Shown here: positions 57,950-64,000 of the stretch, piece after piece
How the letters are laid out: each line of letters begins with the position of its first letter
Numbering within the stretch: position 1 is the stretch's first letter
Source of the DNA: Eledone cirrhosa
Taxonomy: Eukaryota
NCBI GenBank assembly: GCA_964016885.1
Contig: OZ024743.1
Span: 94,984,001-95,048,000 of the forward strand
DNA length: 64,000 bases
Direction of reading: 5' to 3'
Position numbers and translations under genes: made by a program
Notes under the pieces: generated by a model
Seen by the model: only the letters and a program-made list of their open reading frames with translations
Told to the model about the DNA's origin: nothing
Databases searched by the model: none

Positions 57950-58735
57950 TAACTTCAAATTAGGAATAGTGATATGAAAGTGGGCACATGTCACCTCGAA
58001 GTGGGCTATGACGCTTACAAACAGTACCCGTATTCTTCAAAGGGAACATATTTCAATAAAACAAAATTTAAACTTAATATAATTAGTTATGAATAATGTC
58101 ATATTCAGAAAATCAGGCAAGAGATGGCACCTTGAGAGTTCCTCTCAGAGACAAAAACCTAGGAAGGTGTTTTTGTTGAAGAGTATCAGTCACCCATGCA
58201 CATCTGCTCCTCTCTACATGCAACCCTTGGTGTCCAATGAAAAGTTAAAAGCTGATACTGCTTAGCAAAGTGACGTCCCAACTAATTTTTCCACAGCCAA
58301 ATGAACTGGAGTAAAGTAAAATAAAGTGCCTTGCTTAACGAGACAATGAAACTGCCTCTTCTTTACAGAAGAAAGCCATCTGTTCAACGAATTCCTTGCT
58401 TAATAGTAAGTTTGATGACTGAATAGACTTTGTTTAGGTCACCTTCTAGACTGCATGTGGCATAGATGAGCTGTGTATCTCTAATACAGGCCGCTCGGAC
58501 GTACAACACTTCGTCAAAGCATGTTAATGTTCAGGTTAACAGTGAAGCGCCGAAGGGTATGACTCATGCCGCCCACATGTAGATTTGTGACTATGTGCCT
58601 CTAACTGGTCGTTTTCACTCCTGCGAGACCGTGGGACTTAGGAAGAAATATTTGCACATAAAGATGGAAATGCTACGTGCTTGTGCTACACACATAGCAC
58701 CCGCTTCATCCCCACAGCTATATGTTGCTATGTTG

Positions 58736-58972
58736 TGAAGGCACATGGCTTAGTGGTTAGAGCATTGAGCTTGGGAGTTCAATTCTCGGACCGGGTGATG
58801 TGTTGTTTTCTTGAGCAAGACATTTTATTTCACATTGCTCCAGTTTACTCAGCTGTAAAAATGAGATGATAAGACTGGGGTCCCTATCATTAAATTACCC
58901 AAGATACCTCCAACGAGATATACCTTGGAGGAGGCCAGCTAAACCTGCATAGATGTGAGCTGTCACGCACAG
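58736..58972 (+). mobile_element. SINE family 2
   Basis: gaaggcacatggcttagtggttagagc..gagttcaattc. Confidence 0.8.
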
Positions 58973-59300
58973 CTATATGTCCAGTGAAAACCAAGGCAAG
59001 ACAATAGGACAGTTACGTGGGTCACATGTTATTGTCATGAAGTTTAATCTCTCCAGGGTGTGTAGCTGTACTCACCATGCTTGGCCAATTGTTGGTTGGT
59101 GAGATTATTTAACCATTAATTGGGGTGGATGGCCGTTGACTCTGTGGAGTTCATCCGCTCTTTGACAGATTGTTTTTGTGCTGCTGAGTTTCCACTTAAA
59201 CTCCTCGCCAGATCAGGGTCTGATGGGAAAGCCTGTTTAGTCGCCGAATACCTGACCATGAAACAGGTTGTACTGGGTTACATGGTGCCAGTAACAGGTA

Positions 59301-59343
<43 letters not shown>

Positions 59344-59346
<3 letters not shown>

Positions 59347-59780
59347 TAGCAGAGGTACCCGGCGTTGCTCGGATATTAAATAGCAATTGTGTATACCATT
59401 TATGTCAATACTTCAGTTCTGCTTCGAAAACTATACTTTTACAAAATCATCGGCTTTTTTCAAAAGGGGGTTCCTGCCCCCAGGGGTCCCCTACCCAATT
59501 TGTGCCAATTCTGAGAGTTCACATTCATCTGTAGGACAAACGTAGCCCTTGTGTCAAGTTTTGTGAAAATCGGTTGCGAACTCCAGAAGTTATGACGTTT
59601 TCTTACATTGCACTGCAGTGCTTCAGTCGACTCCAAGGAAGTGGTTGAAGGGGGTTATCTGCCGGGGGGCCCTATAATCAATATCTGGAAAAATGACAGT
59701 GCCCATGATCATCCGGACTACATAAGTAACCTATGTCTTAAGTTTGGTGAAAATACTGTAGAAATGCATAAGGTTTATAC
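59344..59780 (+). mobile_element. Possible non-autonomous Helentron/Helitron-like element
   Basis: Begins tactag..tacccggcgttgctcgg and contains caagttttgtgaaaatcgg motifs that I recall from such elements. Confidence 0.4.
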
Positions 59781-60816
59781 ATACGCGCGTGCGTTCGTGT
59801 GTGCGCGTGTGTGTGTGGGAGGGGGGTGGGTATGTACTTGTGTGTGCGTATGTATGTGTATGTCCGTCGGGGCATACGTATGTACCTGCCTAAATCTTCA
59901 CTATTTACTTTTACTATTTTAATAACCTCTGTCATTTTCGTTTTCAATTTTATTTACATCAATCTTAAACTCTGGGGCTGGAAATCATTCTGTTATTTTA
60001 AATAGAATATTAGTCTAACGACTCCATTTATACCATAAACTTGGTATTGTCTTTGCATGAATGTTCTTCACGCTCCACATAACGACGTATTATCCTCTCC
60101 TTTTTCCCGTTCATTGCCAGGGAACGTCTTCACGAACCAAAATATCGTTCGGTTGCAACGTTTCTCGAAATAATTACTTCTGCGTTCACAGATTACCCTC
60201 AGTTCAATTTGAATGGGAAATTCCTGTTTCATCGATTTTCTCCGTAACCATGGACGATTGTAGCTTGAAAGTCGACCCAACGCCTCCTCTGGTCATTCTG
60301 CATAACTGTGTAAATTTTCGCTGCATCCCACCAAGCCGTCTCGACGTTTATCCGACTACACCTACATATACAACGTTCGACCACTTCCAATTTATATAGT
60401 AGATTTGTTTATATACGAATGACGAAAAGAAAAGTGCAAAACTATACATGAATTGTTTCTACTAAACCTTCAATTTAAGACACAACCTACATATTTGATA
60501 GGACTCGAGCTCACAACTTCTTCTTCTTCTTTTTCTTCTTTTGCTTCCCCTGGAACATTGGGCTGCGAGCCACCCCCACACAACGCCATGTTCTGAGTCT
60601 GCTTTTCAACTCCACCGTGATGCACGGTGCGTCATGGTGTATCTAACCATTTTTTTAGGTCTTACTACGGCTGATTTCTTCCAGAGAGAAAGAAATAGAT
60701 GGAAAAAAGCAGAGAAGATTCATCCCCGGAGGAATAATAAAATGTTTACATTGCACATTTCATTTTTTCAAAGCTAAAGCTGCCGATTCAAAATCAGTAA
60801 TTCAACTTATGTTTCG

Positions 60817-60902
<86 letters not shown>

Positions 60903-61362
60903 CGAAACATAAGTCAATTGCATGAACTCATAATCCTTTATTTACTGCTTTATTTGTATGAAATTGTAAATAAGACAAAAGTATTAGAACAGGAGGAAAT
61001 AACTCACCGGACGCGATAGTTTTGAGGCCCCAGGGACCACATTTTTCAAGTTAGAGATTTGAAACCTCGTCTGATTGCTTCCTTGGCACTTTTTACATAG
61101 GTGTGTAAATTTTCATGTCAGTCCGACCACGTCTACTACCATTTAACCGTGCACATCTGAATTTCAACCACCGCCGATTTCACAAATATATATTAGATAT
61201 ATATATATTTCGTTCCTGAATGTGTTTAGCAAGAAACTTTATCTGAAAACGTGTGTTGAAACCGATATTGTTATGCTTTGGGAGGGTCATGTTGGTAATA
61301 AATTGAAGTGAAAGCAACTGGTACGTGTGTTTCTTATTGGCAACATGACCCTCCCAAAGCAT

Positions 61363-61413
<51 letters not shown>

Positions 61414-61663
61414 CCACACATACACACACACAAATATATATATAGTGATCGGGTCCGACTATATATATATGTTTATCTATAAGGAAGGAAGTGTGGTAAG
61501 TAACCAGGTGGACCATAATGCACCAAAGTACTTGATACTGGGTAGTAGAGTATAGAGTGGGTAATAGGAAAAGAGTCAGGACCCCGACGGCCGCCTCGAC
61601 AGCTAGGTCTGAACTCCGCTGTCGAGGCGGCCGGAGCTCGGCTGTCGGGTCCTGACTCTTTCT

Positions 61664-61711
<48 letters not shown>

Positions 61712-61745
61712 CACAAGAATCAAAGCTATGTTCAAAGCATTTATT

Positions 61746-61792
61746 CACTTACAATTGTTTCATCCAAACCTAGGCTTGGACTCTTCGGAGCA
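61746..61792 (-). ncRNA. Minimal hammerhead, U4C variant
   Basis: Reverse-complement copy of 62182-62228. Confidence 0.7.
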
Positions 61793-62181
61793 TTTTTCAA
61801 TGTTTGTACACATAATTGACCTCCTTTCCAACGCAAGAGACATACAGATACATATGTATATATTGATGTACAGTGGAGTGACATATATTATATTATATTA
61901 TTTCTGTATAGCAATTCAAATTCAAAATCAAAATCAAAATTAAAATTAAAACAAAATTAAAACAAAATTAAAATACATTCGGCAGTTAACATTAATTTCG
62001 TTTTAATTTTGTTTTAATTTTGTTTTAATTTTAATTTTGATTTTGATTTTGAATTTGAATTGCTATACAGAAATAATATAATATAATATATGTCACTCCA
62101 CTGTACATCAATATATACATATGTATCTGTATGTCTCTTGCGTTGGAAAGGAGGTCAATTATGTGTACAAACATTGAAAAA

Positions 62182-62228
62182 TGCTCCGAAGAGTCCAAGC
62201 CTAGGTTTGGATGAAACAATTGTAAGTG
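62182..62228 (+). ncRNA. Minimal hammerhead, U4C variant
   Basis: tgct CCGAAGA gtccaagc-ctag-gtttggat GAAA caattg TA agtg. Confidence 0.7.
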
Positions 62229-62430
62229 AATAAATGCTTTGAACATAGCTTTGATTCTTGTGAATTCTATATAACTGCTCTGTAGAACAACTGATGTTAT
62301 TACATTGAGCTATTTATCTTACTGGTAATAAGGTAGTAATAAATTACTGACCTTTACTGTTTAGGGTTTAAAATATATATAACTATAAAAGGTTTTAGTA
62401 TATACATAACCATAAGTAGTATCCTTAATA

Positions 62431-62536
<106 letters not shown>

Positions 62537-62539
62537 AAG

Positions 62540-63922
62540 TTAAATAAAAAGTCAAATGTTTAAAATTTAGCTTCGTTTATTGCTGCTATATATATTTCAG
62601 TGACAGCCATCTTTGGCTGTGACCTCTTCAGGCAGTCCGAATTAGTGTGGTATAGACAAGTACATATGTTGTTGAGGTGTATAATATTGTCAATACTCTG
62701 ATATCCCCAGTTCCTGGTTGGGTTGTTATTTCACTTAGGAACTGGAATCATATGAATTCAAACAAACGAATTTCAGTGTCAAAGGGCCTCTTCTCCTCTC
62801 ATTGGTCAGTTGTTAGAACATTCCTCATTCTAAGTGTTGTTATTGTTGGAGTTAGCTTAAAAAATTGATAAAGTGGTAGAAGGGACAAGGTGTTAAAGGA
62901 ACAAAATAACAAAAGAAGTGTCAAACTTCCCATTGGTCAGTTCTGAGAGCATTCCTCAGTCAGAAGTCTATAGATTCTTTCTGGGTTGAGGCTCCCTGAA
63001 GTGTTTGTGTTTGCTATTGTTAAGTACATTTGACCTCTACCATTATTTTGGTAGTGTTGTTGGTGTTGTGGTCAGCTTATGTCTTGCTTCTGTTGACAAT
63101 TTAGAAGTATCTGTGTGTGTTTTTCTTCATCCCTCCTGCCACCATCTCTCATAGTGGTGGGTAGGTGGGGGGTTCTTCCATGTATATGAAGAAATATAAG
63201 GCAATACATGGAGAAAACAGAAAATAAATAATATAATTTGTATAATTTGAAAATAAATAATAAATAGAGAATAAAGAATAAAGAATAAAGAATAAATGAA
63301 AAATTGGTGAAAAAGTAATGAAAATGAATATGGAGAAGTGAAAAATAAAATGAAGATTCAAATAAAGTAGGATAAAGTGTGTGTGCTATAACCAATCTCA
63401 AGGTCAGAAATATGTTGGATAGATTGGTATGATGAACAAGATGTTAAAATAAGATAATCAAACAAAATGTGTTTGTGTAATAATCAATCTGAACTTAAAA
63501 ATAAATATAAGGTGATACAGTGAAGAGGGCAGACAACAAATAACAAATTAATAAAGAGAAATCAAGATTTAAAATTGGGACTGAAAGTCAGAAATCAAGT
63601 AAATTAAAATGTGTTTGTGTTATATAGATGTTGGCCAAATTATAATGGCTGTGTCCGATTCAATCTCTAGGCTATCATGGTGTCTGCTCAGCCTGGGTTC
63701 TTCCCTATGGCTTGAGGGGAGTTCACAACCTAGGGTGTTGTTATTGCCCATATAGCTTGAGGGAGGTTTGGCTGAGAGGTGTTTACATGTTCAGTAGAAG
63801 TCCCTATAGCTTGAGGGGAGTTCACATCTTCTTGTGTTGCTACTGTCCATATATCTTAAGGAAGGTGCCGGCTCTAAGGTGTCTGCATGTCCCGAAGAAG
63901 TTGGTTCTGAGGTTTATCAGGT
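62540..63922 (-). mobile_element. 3' fragment of the 8504-10801 PLE family (ORF end, UTR, HHR)
   Basis: [26 protein letters not shown] ends at 63840. UTR is homologous to 10802-11690. Confidence 0.9.
62583..62635 (-). ncRNA. Minimal type I hammerhead ribozyme in PLE pseudo-LTR
   Basis: ctgc CTGAAGA ggtcacagcca-aaga-tggctgtcact GAAA tatata TA gcag. Confidence 0.88.
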
Positions 63923-64000
63923 ATACAACCAACATATACTCAAAATCTATCTATCTATATATATATATATATGGGGAACATCGCTGCTTTTAGACGTATT

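Larger units (their letters stand above)
61708..62330. mobile_element. Head-to-head palindromic insertion with about 270-bp arms, each with an HHR
   Basis: 61708-61975 is the reverse complement of about 61995-62266. Confidence 0.9.

Overview
AT-rich, repeat-saturated eukaryotic DNA. The SINE families and huge (TA)n tracts resemble an octopus/cephalopod genome (inference). No host gene is confidently recognisable, and most ORFs in the track are microsatellite artefacts. The window is a nest of Penelope-like retroelements (PLEs; RT plus C-terminal GIY-YIG) from about four lineages, two with uninterrupted RT-EN frames (8504-10801, 30195-32420), nearly all embedded in (TA)n. The hidden layer is RNA. 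Folding by eye gives more than 20 type I hammerhead ribozyme (HHR) motifs from about 10-12 unrelated sequence families. These include a near-perfect tandem array of a 476-bp non-coding unit with one HHR per unit (5900-8136), which looks like a non-LTR retrozyme predicted to yield a 476-nt circular RNA. There are also diverged copies of that unit with compensatory stem changes, and a second ~483-bp retrozyme-like family. Many HHR-bearing units sit in head-to-head inverted duplications. Also present: tRNA-derived SINEs, CR1 and RTE LINE fragments, MITE/Helentron-like pieces, minisatellites and a 200-N gap. All alignments and folds were done by eye, so coordinates may be off by a few bases.
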